Shown piece by piece: positions 37,526 to 47,359 of a DNA stretch of 64,000 bases; the first letter of the stretch is position 1, and every line of letters starts with the position of its first letter. Source of the stretch: Candidatus Delongbacteria bacterium (GTDB lineage: Bacteria > CAIWAD01); the NCBI GenBank assembly GCA_963663545.1, contig OY760505.1, positions 1,696,001 to 1,760,000 on the forward strand. The letters are read 5' to 3'. A program made the translations under genes and the position numbers. The notes under the pieces were generated by a model that worked only from the letters and a program-made list of their open reading frames with translations, was not told the origin of the DNA and made no database searches.

Positions 37526-38764
37526 CTAGGCAACAATTCCCAACATGCGAAGGGCCTTCTGCAACCCTTCCTTCAGCCGTATAACATCGCTTTCGTCATT
37601 ATAGACGGCAAACGATGCGCGCGCGGTTCCTGTTATCCCGAAACGCTGCATCAGAGGCTCAGCGCAATGTGTACCACTGCGCACCGCGATCCCGGAAAGG
37701 TCCAGCAGCGTGGCGACATCAGAGAAGTGGGCGCCCTCAACCGCGAACGAAATCACTGCGGATCGATCAGCAGCCTGTCCGATGAACTGCAGCTGAGGTA
37801 TCTCCGCCAGCTCAGTCAATGCCAGCTCAAGCAAATGGTGTTCATGAGCCGCGATTCTCTCGAGTCCCACATCACTCACCCAACGCAAGGCAGCGGCCAA
37901 TCCGATGGCACCCTCCATGTGCGGAGTGCCCGCCTCAAACTTCCAGGGCAGATCATTCCAGGTGCTACGTTCGAAACTCACGGATCGAATCATCTCACCG
38001 CCGCCCTGCCAGGGCTCTAGTTCTTCAAGAAGCTCTCGTCGTCCATAAACAACGCCGATGCCGGTCGGTGCGTAGATCTTGTGACCGGAAAACACATAGA
38101 AATCTGCGCCAAGCTCCTGCACATCCACCTTAAGATGCGGAACCGCCTGTGCGCCATCCACCACCACCAGCGCACCAGCCTCATGGGCGGCACGAATGAT
38201 TTCACGTACAGGGACAATGCTACCCAGCGCGTTGGAAACGTGTGTCACAGAGACGATGCGTGTACGCTCACTCAGCAGATCCGGCAAACTCTCCAGAATA
38301 AGCTCGCCTCTATCGTTCGCCGGTATCACGCGCAAATGGCAGCCGCGTCGCTTCGCAACCATTTGCCAAGGGACTATATTGGAATGGTGCTCCAGAGTAC
38401 TGATCAGTATCTCATCGCCTTCACGCAGATATCGGTCTGCAAGCACATTGGCCAGCAAGTTCAGGCCTTCGCTAGTACCCCGGGTAAAGAGAATTTCTTC
38501 GCGCTCAGCAGCGTTGAGGAACTCGCGGACTGTATCACGCGCAGCCTCATAATGCTCCGTCGCCCTTGTTCCGAGCGTATGCACCGCCCTGTGCACATTT
38601 GCGTTATCGTGGCGATAGTAACTGACGATGGCATCGAGTACCGCTGTCGGCTTCTGTGTAGTAGCCGCATTGTCAAGATAGACCAGCGGCTTGCCATTGA
38701 CTTCCTGCTGTAACACAGGAAACTGCTCACGAATGGCACGGACATCCAGGCCAGCAATCTGCAT
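37526..38764 (-). CDS. sufS: Cysteine desulfurase SufS
   Basis: YLDNAATTQKP, EHHSNIVPW, SGHK and RSGTHCA. Confidence 0.95.
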   Translation of the reverse strand: MQIAGLDVRAIREQFPVLQQEVNGKPLVYLDNAATTQKPTAVLDAIVSYYRHDNANVHRAVHTLGTRATEHYEAARDTVREFLNAAEREEILFTRGTSEGLNLLANVLADRYLREGDEILISTLEHHSNIVPWQMVAKRRGCHLRVIPANDRGELILESLPDLLSERTRIVSVTHVSNALGSIVPVREIIRAAHEAGALVVVDGAQAVPHLKVDVQELGADFYVFSGHKIYAPTGIGVVYGRRELLEELEPWQGGGEMIRSVSFERSTWNDLPWKFEAGTPHMEGAIGLAAALRWVSDVGLERIAAHEHHLLELALTELAEIPQLQFIGQAADRSAVISFAVEGAHFSDVATLLDLSGIAVRSGTHCAEPLMQRFGITGTARASFAVYNDESDVIRLKEGLQKALRMLGIVA

Positions 38765-38766
38765 TA

Positions 38767-40128
38767 TCAGAACCCCCGTGACACAGATAACTGCTGTCGG
38801 ACCATGCGATCCAGAAGCGGCAGAAGTTCACGGATTTGTACACGCGAAAGAACTTCGCTGGCAAAAGCGTGCACCAGCAGGCGACGAGCACGCTCCAAAC
38901 CTATGCCGCGAGATCGCAGATAGAAAAGCGAATCCTGATCGAGGCTACCAACGGTGGCACCATGCGAGCAGCGAACGTCGTCGGCGTAGATCTCCAGCTG
39001 GGGACGCGCCCAACTGCGAGCCTCGTCTGACAACAGCAGGCTTGCACTGGACTGCATTGCATCGGTATGCTGCGCGTCCTGGTGCACGTGGACTTTGCCG
39101 GTAAACACGCCTTGTGATTCACTCTGCAAAATACCCTTGAATAGCTGGTTACTGGTGCAGTCTGGCACCACGTGATCCACGAGCGTGTGGTTGTCAACGT
39201 GTGCTTTTCCGTCCAGCAGATACAAACCGTTGATTTCGCCGTGAGCATTTCCGCCCGTGAGACGCAGACTGCTTTCGTTGCGTACCAGTGCGCCACCGAA
39301 AGTCAGAGTATGCGAACGAAAAGTAGAACCGGCGGAAAGCTCTGCATAGACACCGGCAATGCGATGACCTTCGCCTGTATCACCCTGAACGCGAACGTGC
39401 TCGACATCGGCATCTTCGCCAATGACAAACTCGGTGACGCCATTGCTGTGATACGCTCCATCGCCCAAAGAGCACTGAATCTCAACAACGGTGGCCGAAG
39501 ATCCTTTTGTTGCAAACACTAGTGTTCGCGGTGATCCAAGCACACCATTACCTGTTGAGATTTGCAGCAAAAAGAGTGGATACTTCATCTGCGTGTTGGC
39601 TGGCAGATACAAATAGCAGCCGTCCTGCAGCAGCGCCGCATTCATCGCCACAAACGAGCTGGTTTCAATACCAGCCAAGCTCCCAGGATGACTAAGCAGC
39701 CGGTTACGTAACTCTCGATAGCGCGGGCTACGCAGACCGCCCTCGCTCACAAGCTCCGCTAGACTACCTACCTGCACGCCCGGAGGACAATTTGGCTCAA
39801 GGGATAGCTCAGCGTGATACACGCCATCCACAAAAACGAGTGCGCCAGTCACCCCCGGAGGAAGCAGTCGTAACACATCCTCATTACTCAGGACCACTTT
39901 CGCCTCTGGCAAGTGAAAGCGCCCCTCGCGAAAGGGTGCAGCGTCGGTGTATTTCCAGGCCTCTTCCCCCCGCGCAGGAATACCAGCAGCTAGAAAGCGT
40001 TGCGCCGCCTTTTCACGGTCATGTTTATCATGTACGCCCTGCAAAGACTGCAGCACGCGCTCAGCGCCCTGTGTCTCGCTGACCAGCTCCTTGAGTGAAA
40101 GCAGATCGCCTTGTGTGTTCATGCTCAT
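38767..40128 (-). CDS. sufD: Fe-S cluster assembly protein SufD
   Basis: EAWKYT and PQLEIYADDVRCSHGATVG...FYLRSRGI. Confidence 0.95.
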   Translation of the reverse strand: MSMNTQGDLLSLKELVSETQGAERVLQSLQGVHDKHDREKAAQRFLAAGIPARGEEAWKYTDAAPFREGRFHLPEAKVVLSNEDVLRLLPPGVTGALVFVDGVYHAELSLEPNCPPGVQVGSLAELVSEGGLRSPRYRELRNRLLSHPGSLAGIETSSFVAMNAALLQDGCYLYLPANTQMKYPLFLLQISTGNGVLGSPRTLVFATKGSSATVVEIQCSLGDGAYHSNGVTEFVIGEDADVEHVRVQGDTGEGHRIAGVYAELSAGSTFRSHTLTFGGALVRNESSLRLTGGNAHGEINGLYLLDGKAHVDNHTLVDHVVPDCTSNQLFKGILQSESQGVFTGKVHVHQDAQHTDAMQSSASLLLSDEARSWARPQLEIYADDVRCSHGATVGSLDQDSLFYLRSRGIGLERARRLLVHAFASEVLSRVQIRELLPLLDRMVRQQLSVSRGF

Positions 40129-40883
40129 CTGCGCCCCTCACGATCACGTTCGATCCAACCGTAACCCTCTTCTTCAAGCTGATGCGCCAGCTCCTTGCCA
40201 CCGGTTTTTACAATACGGCCATCGGCCAAAACGTGTACTACATCCGGCACGATGTGATTCAGCAGTCGCTGATAGTGTGTTACAACGATAGCGCTGAAGT
40301 TCGGCCCACGCAGTGCGTTTACGCCGTCGGAGACAATTTTGAGCGCATCGATATCCAAGCCGCTGTCGGTTTCATCCAGCAGGGCAAGGCTCGGCTCCAG
40401 TACGCCCATTTGAAAGATCTCGTTGCGCTTCTTCTCACCACCCGAGAATCCCTCATTGACAGAGCGCGACTGCAGGCCTTCATCAATATGCATCAGCTTC
40501 ATCTTCTCACTGATCAGGCGCAGAAAGTCCTCGGCACTGACCTCATCTTGGCCGCGATACTTGCGAATTTCGTTTAGCGCGATGCGCAAGAAGTAAAGAT
40601 TAGGCACACCGGGAATCTCAACCGGATACTGGAAAGCGAGAAAAATGCCCTCGCCAGCGCGCTCCTCCGGACTCAATTCGAGCAGGTTTCGCCCCTTGTA
40701 GATTACTTCGCCGCGTGTCACCTCATAGCCATCGCGCCCGGAAAGCACGTTGGCAAGTGTGCTTTTCCCCGAACCGTTCGGCCCCATAATCGCATGAATC
40801 TCGCCGGGCTTGATCTCAAGTGTGATGCCCTTCAGGATTTCCTTGCCTTCAACTCGGGCGTGCAGTTCACGAATACTAAGCAT
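40125..40883 (-). CDS. sufC: Fe-S cluster assembly ATPase SufC
   Basis: GPNGSGKST, FQYPVEIPG, GFSGGEKKRNE and LDETDSGLDIDA. Confidence 0.97.
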   Translation of the reverse strand: MLSIRELHARVEGKEILKGITLEIKPGEIHAIMGPNGSGKSTLANVLSGRDGYEVTRGEVIYKGRNLLELSPEERAGEGIFLAFQYPVEIPGVPNLYFLRIALNEIRKYRGQDEVSAEDFLRLISEKMKLMHIDEGLQSRSVNEGFSGGEKKRNEIFQMGVLEPSLALLDETDSGLDIDALKIVSDGVNALRGPNFSAIVVTHYQRLLNHIVPDVVHVLADGRIVKTGGKELAHQLEEEGYGWIERDREGRR

Positions 40884-40906
40884 GTATCACCTCACAAGAA
40901 CAGTCG

Positions 40907-42343
40907 TTATCCAACCGAGCCTTCCAGACTCACACCCAACAGCTTCTGCGCTTCAACGGCAAACTCCATCGGTAGCTCCGCAAGCACATCCTTACAGAAG
41001 CCGTTGACGATCATCGATACTGCGTCTTCAACGCGAATACCGCGCTGCTGGCAATAGAAGATTTGATCCTCACCGATGCGCGACGTGGTCGCCTCATGCT
41101 CTACCTGCGCTGATGAATTCTGCACATCCATGTAAGGGAAGGTGTGCGCTCCGCATCGATCACCCATCAAGAGGCTGTCGCACTGCGAGAAATTGCGCGC
41201 GTTCTTCGCTCCCCGTGCTACATGCACCAGGCCGCGATACGTGTTCTGACTGCGCCCGGCAGAGATTCCCTTGGAAACAATCGTTGATTTTGTATCACGA
41301 CCCAGATGGATCATCTTTGTACCGGTGTCCGCCTGCTGGTAGTTATTGGTCATCGCCACAGAGTAAAACTCGCCGACGCTGCCATCGCCTTTCAGAATGC
41401 AAGAAGGATACTTCCACGTTATCGCCGAGCCCGTCTCCACCTGTGTCCAGCTGATCTTGGCCTTTGTCTCACACAGTCCGCGCTTGGTGACAAAGTTGTA
41501 GATGCCGCCTTTGCCTTCCTTGTTGCCCGGATACCAGTTCTGCACTGTGCTGTACTTGATGCGCGCATTGTCCATGGCAATCAACTCAACTACAGCAGCG
41601 TGCAGCTGATTCTCATCGCGCATGGGCGCTGTGCACCCCTCTAGATAGCTGACACTGGCTCCCTCATCAGCCACGATCAGCGTACGTTCAAACTGTCCAG
41701 TGTTGGTGGCATTGATGCGGAAGTATGTGGACAGCTCCATCGGGCAACGTACGCCCTTAGGAATGTAAACGAAGCTGCCATCGCTGAAGACGGCAGAGTT
41801 CAGTGCCGCGAAGTAATTATCCGTGCGTGATACAACTGAGCCCAGATACTTCTTCACCAGCTCCGGGTGCTCCTTCAGCGCCTCGGAAATGGAGCAAAAG
41901 ACGATCCCGCGTTCTGCCAGTTCTTTCTTAAAAGTTGTCTTGACCGAGGTGGAATCGAAGACGGCATCAACGGCCACTCCAGCCAGCGCAGCGCGTTCTT
42001 CCAGCGGAATTCCCAGCTTCTCGAAGGTCTCCAAAAGCTCCGGATCCACATCATCCAAGGAGCCCGGCGCCTCTTTCTTTTTGGGCGCGGAGTAGTAGAT
42101 GATGGACTGGTAGTCGATGGGCGGAATCTCCAGCTTGGCCCAATCGGGTTCCGGCATCTTCGTCCAGATCTGATAGGCTTTCAATCTCCACTCGGTCATC
42201 CATTCAGGCTCTTCTTTTCGAGCGGAGATTGCGCGTATCACGTCTTCGTTCAAACCGGGCGGCAACTGATCCGCATCGATTTGTGTCACGAAGCCATACT
42301 TGTATTCCTGCTCAGCTATCTGCTGCAGTTCGGGGTCTTTCAT
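40907..42343 (-). CDS. sufB: Fe-S cluster assembly protein SufB
   Basis: [33 protein letters not shown] and HEATTS. Alternative start at 42361. Confidence 0.97.
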   Translation of the reverse strand: MKDPELQQIAEQEYKYGFVTQIDADQLPPGLNEDVIRAISARKEEPEWMTEWRLKAYQIWTKMPEPDWAKLEIPPIDYQSIIYYSAPKKKEAPGSLDDVDPELLETFEKLGIPLEERAALAGVAVDAVFDSTSVKTTFKKELAERGIVFCSISEALKEHPELVKKYLGSVVSRTDNYFAALNSAVFSDGSFVYIPKGVRCPMELSTYFRINATNTGQFERTLIVADEGASVSYLEGCTAPMRDENQLHAAVVELIAMDNARIKYSTVQNWYPGNKEGKGGIYNFVTKRGLCETKAKISWTQVETGSAITWKYPSCILKGDGSVGEFYSVAMTNNYQQADTGTKMIHLGRDTKSTIVSKGISAGRSQNTYRGLVHVARGAKNARNFSQCDSLLMGDRCGAHTFPYMDVQNSSAQVEHEATTSRIGEDQIFYCQQRGIRVEDAVSMIVNGFCKDVLAELPMEFAVEAQKLLGVSLEGSVG

Positions 42344-42357
42344 TCCAGCCTCACAAT

Positions 42358-42792
42358 TCATGCCGCCGGTAGATCGTCCTCTTGCACGGCTGGTTGCACC
42401 AGGTCGGCAAGCGTCAAATCATCCAAGGCGTCATTCAGCACATTGTTAATTCTCATCCAGTTCGGACGGGCCGGGCAACTGGCCGCGCGCACACAGGCCT
42501 CGCCCTTTGTAGTACAGGAAGTCATCGCTATCGGCCCCTCCAGTGCGCGCACAATTGCGGCAATGGAAATTTCAGCGGGAAGGCGCGCCAACAGGTACCC
42601 CCCCTGCGCTCCGCGCCGTGACTCAAGGAGCCCGCCTTGCAGCAGAACTTTGAGCACCTTGCTAACCATTGGCTGAGGCAAGTGTGTATCACGAGCAAGA
42701 TCCCGGGCGCTCCTCGCAAAGCCGGGTTCGTGCTGGGCGAAATAGCACATCAGCACGATGCCGTAATCCGTTAGTCGAGTTATGCGCAGCAC
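42358..42792 (-). CDS. Rrf2-family SUF-system transcriptional regulator
   Basis: [23 protein letters not shown] and EGPIAMTSC.....C.....C. Confidence 0.92.
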   Translation of the reverse strand: MLRITRLTDYGIVLMCYFAQHEPGFARSARDLARDTHLPQPMVSKVLKVLLQGGLLESRRGAQGGYLLARLPAEISIAAIVRALEGPIAMTSCTTKGEACVRAASCPARPNWMRINNVLNDALDDLTLADLVQPAVQEDDLPAA

Positions 42793-42803
42793 ATTGTCTC
42801 CTT

Positions 42804-42828
42804 AATCAGTACCAGAATAGTACTAATT
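42804..42828. promoter_or_regulatory. Putative Rrf2 operator (autoregulation of the suf operon)
   Basis: AATCAGTAC-N7-GTACTAATT dyad (8/9) directly upstream of the RBS. Confidence 0.6.
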
Positions 42829-42919
42829 AAAAAGCAAAAAGGAGCATAGCGTTCGCGCTCGATGTGGGCAAGTGCAAGAGGTGGAAATGGGGACGTGTTG
42901 GATCCGCCCCCGCACATTT

Positions 42920-45268
42920 TTAGGATTCAAAGCTGCCAAACCAGGCCCCCAGGGCTCTAGTGGCCTCATCGGCGTATCGGAACACAGGAATCCCAGCGTC
43001 TTCAACGGCCTGAGCCAAGGGGTCAAAGAGACGACCCGAATCGATACTCACCACAAAGGGTTTGCGGCATTCGCGATGCAGTTCTATGAATTGTCTGCAC
43101 ACAGCTCCGGGATTCAGCATGTCCTCACGGTGGTGACTAGCAGCAGGCAGCGTGTTCATGGCAGCGGTTAACGGCACCGGCGAAAGTATAGCCGCGTCCA
43201 CGTTTTCGTCCTCAAGAATGGCCCTGCAGCACTCAGCCCAAACCTCGTCCGATCCCATCGGCGTCACGTCCAGAGGATTATGAACGTCAACCAAGCCGTC
43301 GACTCGTCCCTTCTGCAGAATGGCCTTCAATCTCGCTTGGGTTGATTCGGTGAACACCGCGAGGTCCAACCGCACTTCATCGTGATACACGCGGCGTTTG
43401 ATGTTGTCGGCTATACCGACGCACTCAAAACCCGCATTGGAGATGACACCTATGCGTGGATTGCGCCCTTCAAGAACAGGGCGGGTGCCTGCTGTCGAAT
43501 GCTCGATACGTACCGCATTTTGGAAGTCGGCGAACGAATCCAGCATCACGACACCCGCTGCCTTCAACAGCTGTCGACAGGTCTCAAAATCGCCAGCAAT
43601 GGAAGCCGTGTGGCCGGCACTGGCACTCTTGCCTTCTACGGTTCGACCGGCCTTGTATAGCAGAATGCGTTTGCCGCGCTCTCGCAACTCACCGGCGAGG
43701 CTTGCCAGTTTGCAGCCATCCAGATCCTGAAATCCTTCAACGTAGCACGCCATCAGATCCACATCGTCGTCCTCTTTGAGGTACTCAACGAAGTCACCAA
43801 TGGTCAGATGCATCTGGTTTCCCAGGCTTACCGAGTAGACCGGATCAATATTCGTGATACACGACATGCGACAAATCATGAATGCGCCGCTCTGCGAAAG
43901 ATAGGCGATTCGACTACGTCCACCCGTCGGCTTGGGCAGTTTGTATTCCGGTATAAATATGTTGTTGACGCCTGCATCGCGTGCATAGATGCCAAGACAA
44001 TTGGAACCAACGATCACAGGACCACCTTCAGGAAGCGTGCGCGCCTTGTCCATAATCTCGTCGATTTGGCGCTGTATCACATCGCCGCCTTCCTTCTCGG
44101 CAATACCACCAGGTATCACGACTACGCTACGCGCACAGTCGCTCTCACAGATTCCTGCCAATGCTTCGGGAACTTGCTCAGCAGCGATGGCAAGTACGAG
44201 TGTGTCGACCTGCTCCGGCAGGCTGGCGTAGTCCGGATAGCATCGAGCGCCAGCAATCATTTCCTCATTTGGTTTGACGATATGAATGCGTGATACGTCG
44301 AAATTTGCATCAAGCAAGTTCTGTAGAATGATGCGACCCGGATTCATCTTCTGTGATACACCGACCAGAGCGATACTCTCGGCTTTCAGCAGGTTTCCTA
44401 TTCGTGATACATTTCGCGCAGGCTCACGCACGGGGAGCTCGGCAATCCGCATCAGACCGTCCAAGGGCAAAAGGCGCCCATCGGCGACAACAAGAGGATT
44501 GATTTCAAGCTCCTCAAGCAGGCAGGGAGCACGGTCCTCAAATGGCGTCAGCAGATTTGCCAGACGGGTAAAACCCTCGATGGCATCCAGCAGCACTTTG
44601 TCTTCAATCTGTTTGTGTGTTCCACGCGTGCTTCCGGAGAGCCGTTCATAGACCGCCGTTTGCTGCAGCATTTGCATCATGCTCTCGCGAGTAAGTAGCA
44701 GGGTCGAGCGTAATGCATGCGAGCGCCCAGGCAGCATGCGTGAGGCGAAATACTCGGCATCCGTACCACCGACTCCGAAGTTCAGCACAGGGCCAAACTC
44801 GCGCGACCAGCGCACTCCCAGAATCAGCTCATTTCCGAACTCATTCTTGTAGGGAATAAACTCAACCAGCAATACGCCGCTGATTCCTGCGCGAACCTCT
44901 TCTTCGCTGGGCGGCGCATTGTGTTTGCCATGAGAACCTACATACTCTACAAAGGCCGCTGGAATTGTTTCCGCCATCTGTCGCAGACCGCTGTTCACAC
45001 TATTTGCATCACGCGACAGAACCTTGACTCCCCCGACATCGCTCTTATGCAAAATCTGCGGTGATACAATCTTGGCAACAATCTTCTCGCCAGCAAAGCC
45101 GTTCAGCATCTCTTCGTCCACTGTGGTACTAAGTGGAACAAACTTCCAGCGTGGCACGGGCAAGCCGGCAAGCTCCAGCACCTGATAGACCTCGTGCTCC
45201 AGCAAAACGCGACGACCGGACGCGAAGACGTCCGCCAATAATTTCCTGAGCTCGCTTACGTCAGACAA
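42920..45268 (-). CDS. ADP-forming acetate/acyl-CoA ligase, ATP-grasp (beta) domain fused ahead of the CoA-binding (alpha) domain
   Basis: KIVSPQILHKSDVGGV, ELEINPL, GSNCLG, SQSGA, SAGHTASIAG (phospho-His) and HNPLDVT. TTG start after GGAGG. Confidence 0.88.
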   Translation of the reverse strand: MSDVSELRKLLADVFASGRRVLLEHEVYQVLELAGLPVPRWKFVPLSTTVDEEMLNGFAGEKIVAKIVSPQILHKSDVGGVKVLSRDANSVNSGLRQMAETIPAAFVEYVGSHGKHNAPPSEEEVRAGISGVLLVEFIPYKNEFGNELILGVRWSREFGPVLNFGVGGTDAEYFASRMLPGRSHALRSTLLLTRESMMQMLQQTAVYERLSGSTRGTHKQIEDKVLLDAIEGFTRLANLLTPFEDRAPCLLEELEINPLVVADGRLLPLDGLMRIAELPVREPARNVSRIGNLLKAESIALVGVSQKMNPGRIILQNLLDANFDVSRIHIVKPNEEMIAGARCYPDYASLPEQVDTLVLAIAAEQVPEALAGICESDCARSVVVIPGGIAEKEGGDVIQRQIDEIMDKARTLPEGGPVIVGSNCLGIYARDAGVNNIFIPEYKLPKPTGGRSRIAYLSQSGAFMICRMSCITNIDPVYSVSLGNQMHLTIGDFVEYLKEDDDVDLMACYVEGFQDLDGCKLASLAGELRERGKRILLYKAGRTVEGKSASAGHTASIAGDFETCRQLLKAAGVVMLDSFADFQNAVRIEHSTAGTRPVLEGRNPRIGVISNAGFECVGIADNIKRRVYHDEVRLDLAVFTESTQARLKAILQKGRVDGLVDVHNPLDVTPMGSDEVWAECCRAILEDENVDAAILSPVPLTAAMNTLPAASHHREDMLNPGAVCRQFIELHRECRKPFVVSIDSGRLFDPLAQAVEDAGIPVFRYADEATRALGAWFGSFES

Positions 45269-45406
45269 TTCCTGATCCTCCCGTTCGAACGCCGTCTTTG
45301 CCGGCAATCGGTTCAGCGTCCAATTGTGGCCGTTCTCACCTCTATCCAGCACTCTTCCATTATATTAAGCCTTCGCGACTCTAACAGAAGGAAGGTTCTG
45401 CGATTC

Positions 45407-46159
45407 ATGCAACAAGGCTCCTCATCTCCGACTCCGCGACGCCGCCGTCCGCCGCGCAAACCTCAGCAAACCCCGGCTTCGCAGAACGGACAGAGCCAGG
45501 AGCAAAGACGCCGCCCCTCCAACGAAGAACAGGGCGAAGCGAGAAATCAGGCGAGGCCCCAGCGCAGTCGCACGAACACAAACGCCAAGCCTCGAGCCGC
45601 ACAGGGTTCCAGCAATAATCAACCACGCACGCGAAGCGACGCAAGTCGTACAAGCCCTGCGCCGCAACAGCAAACTGCAGCACGCGGGAAGGTGGCCCCT
45701 ACCGGGCGCCGCCAGCGCGGACGAACAAAGCGCACCGATGGTCTTGAGGTAGCGCCGCAGATTCCGAACCTGAGGGATTGGTGCTTTGAGTTTCGGGGCT
45801 ACGTTTTCTGGATGGCCTTTAATCAACTCTACCCACCCCTCAGCGACGGTCGAAATCACCGGGCCTATTTAGTGGACGTGCATGCGGGTGATGATGAGGT
45901 CAACCCGCAGTACCTGCCTGAAGTGGAAGAACTAAGACACATGTTTGTGCTAGCTGCCAGCGTGAAGGAAGCCCGCCGACTGCTGGAGGAAACGGTTTGC
46001 TCTCGTGTCGAGGCTATCTCGTTGATTCCGGTTGAGGAATACCTAGCGAGGCTTCCCATTGTGGCCGAGCCGGAAGCGGAACCTGTGCCCAATGAACCTC
46101 CTTCCGGTCTGATTCTTCCTTTGGAGCCCCCACCGGGCTTGGATGAACCCTCTGAGTAA
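45407..46159 (+). CDS. Hypothetical protein with a long R/Q/P-rich disordered N-terminus
   Basis: Low-complexity first ~110 aa, then a globular-looking segment; followed by a terminator. Confidence 0.6.
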   Translation: MQQGSSSPTPRRRRPPRKPQQTPASQNGQSQEQRRRPSNEEQGEARNQARPQRSRTNTNAKPRAAQGSSNNQPRTRSDASRTSPAPQQQTAARGKVAPTGRRQRGRTKRTDGLEVAPQIPNLRDWCFEFRGYVFWMAFNQLYPPLSDGRNHRAYLVDVHAGDDEVNPQYLPEVEELRHMFVLAASVKEARRLLEETVCSRVEAISLIPVEEYLARLPIVAEPEAEPVPNEPPSGLILPLEPPPGLDEPSE

Positions 46160-46164
46160 GTCTC

Positions 46165-46190
46165 AAACCCGCTGCTGAAGCGGGTTTTTC
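46165..46190 (+). terminator. Intrinsic terminator
   Basis: AAACCCGCT-GCTGA-AGCGGGTTTTT. Confidence 0.75.
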
Positions 46191-46425
46191 TATTCCCATC
46201 CTCTGCTACGCAACGGGTAGAAGCGGGCAATTATCTCCCCAGACCAGCGAAGCACGCGGTTCCGCACGGCATCTAGCAGGCAACATCTGCCGCAATCTTC
46301 AGAACTCAGCACTTTTAGAACTTCTCAACTCGCGAACTCGCGAACTCGGGCCGATATGGAGACTCGACGCGGCACGGTTGCACCTATGCACTGCCGAGGG
46401 ACCTAGTTAGTGACCGGAGGAAGTA

Positions 46426-47265
46426 ATGGCTCTCGTGATTAATCATAACCTGCCTTCGCTGTCGGCCAAGCGCAGCCTCGATCGCAACTACAGCGACCTG
46501 GCCACGGCGACGCAAAGACTGTCATCCGGTCTTCGCATCAACTACGCCTGGGACGATCCCGCGGGACTCGCAGTCTCAGAGAAATTCAGAGCGCAGATTG
46601 ATTCCATGGTGGAGGCTGAACGCAACGCCAATTACGGTATCAACATGTTGGCGACGGCGGAGGGTGGCCTTTCCGTGATCGACGAGAAGCTGACCCGCAT
46701 GCGCGCGCTTGCCGTGGAAGCCTCTTCGGGTGTGTTGACGACCGAGGATCGCGCTTTTTTGAACGTTGAGTTTCAACAACTCAAAAGCGAGATCACCCGA
46801 ATTGCGGAAGTAACCAACTACAACGGCTTGCAACTGCTGGATGGCACGTACTCCAGCGGTAGTGGCCAGGGAATCCTGATGCAGGTCGGCACCTATGCTA
46901 CCGCCGACCAGGATTACTACTCCATTAATCTTGAAGACATGACAGCCTCAGGTCTTGGTCTGGGCTCTATCGATCTTACCACAACCGCCAATGCCCAGGC
47001 GGCCATTACCAGTGTGGATACCGCCATTAGCAACAAGGATACCGAGCGTACGCGCATCGGCTCCTATGTTGAACGACTGCAGTACACCATTTCCAATCTG
47101 CAGGTATCCTACGAAAACGCGGTCAGCTCCGAGTCAACGATCCGCGACGCAGATATTGCTACAGAAAGCAGCAACATGACGCGCGCCATGATCCTCGCCG
47201 AGAGCTCCGTCGCCATGCTTGCGCAGGTCAACGACCTGCCGCGATACGCGCTGGCACTACTCTAG
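46426..47265 (+). CDS. fliC: Flagellin (short, D0/D1 only), orphan
   Basis: MALVINHN, QRLSSGLRIN.A.DDPAGLAVSEK, RIAEVTNYNG.QLLDG and ESTIRDADIA.E. Confidence 0.93.
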   Translation: MALVINHNLPSLSAKRSLDRNYSDLATATQRLSSGLRINYAWDDPAGLAVSEKFRAQIDSMVEAERNANYGINMLATAEGGLSVIDEKLTRMRALAVEASSGVLTTEDRAFLNVEFQQLKSEITRIAEVTNYNGLQLLDGTYSSGSGQGILMQVGTYATADQDYYSINLEDMTASGLGLGSIDLTTTANAQAAITSVDTAISNKDTERTRIGSYVERLQYTISNLQVSYENAVSSESTIRDADIATESSNMTRAMILAESSVAMLAQVNDLPRYALALL

Positions 47266-47290
47266 TTATCCACCTTTTTGATTCGACCAG

Positions 47291-47320
47291 GAAAAGCCGG
47301 GCTCTCCCACCCGGCTTTTC
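47291..47320. terminator. Bidirectional terminator
   Basis: GAAAAGCCGGG...CCCGGCTTTTC. Confidence 0.75.
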
Positions 47321-47359
47321 TATTTCTACGCCCAGGCTATCCAGGCTTTCTGTCAGCTG

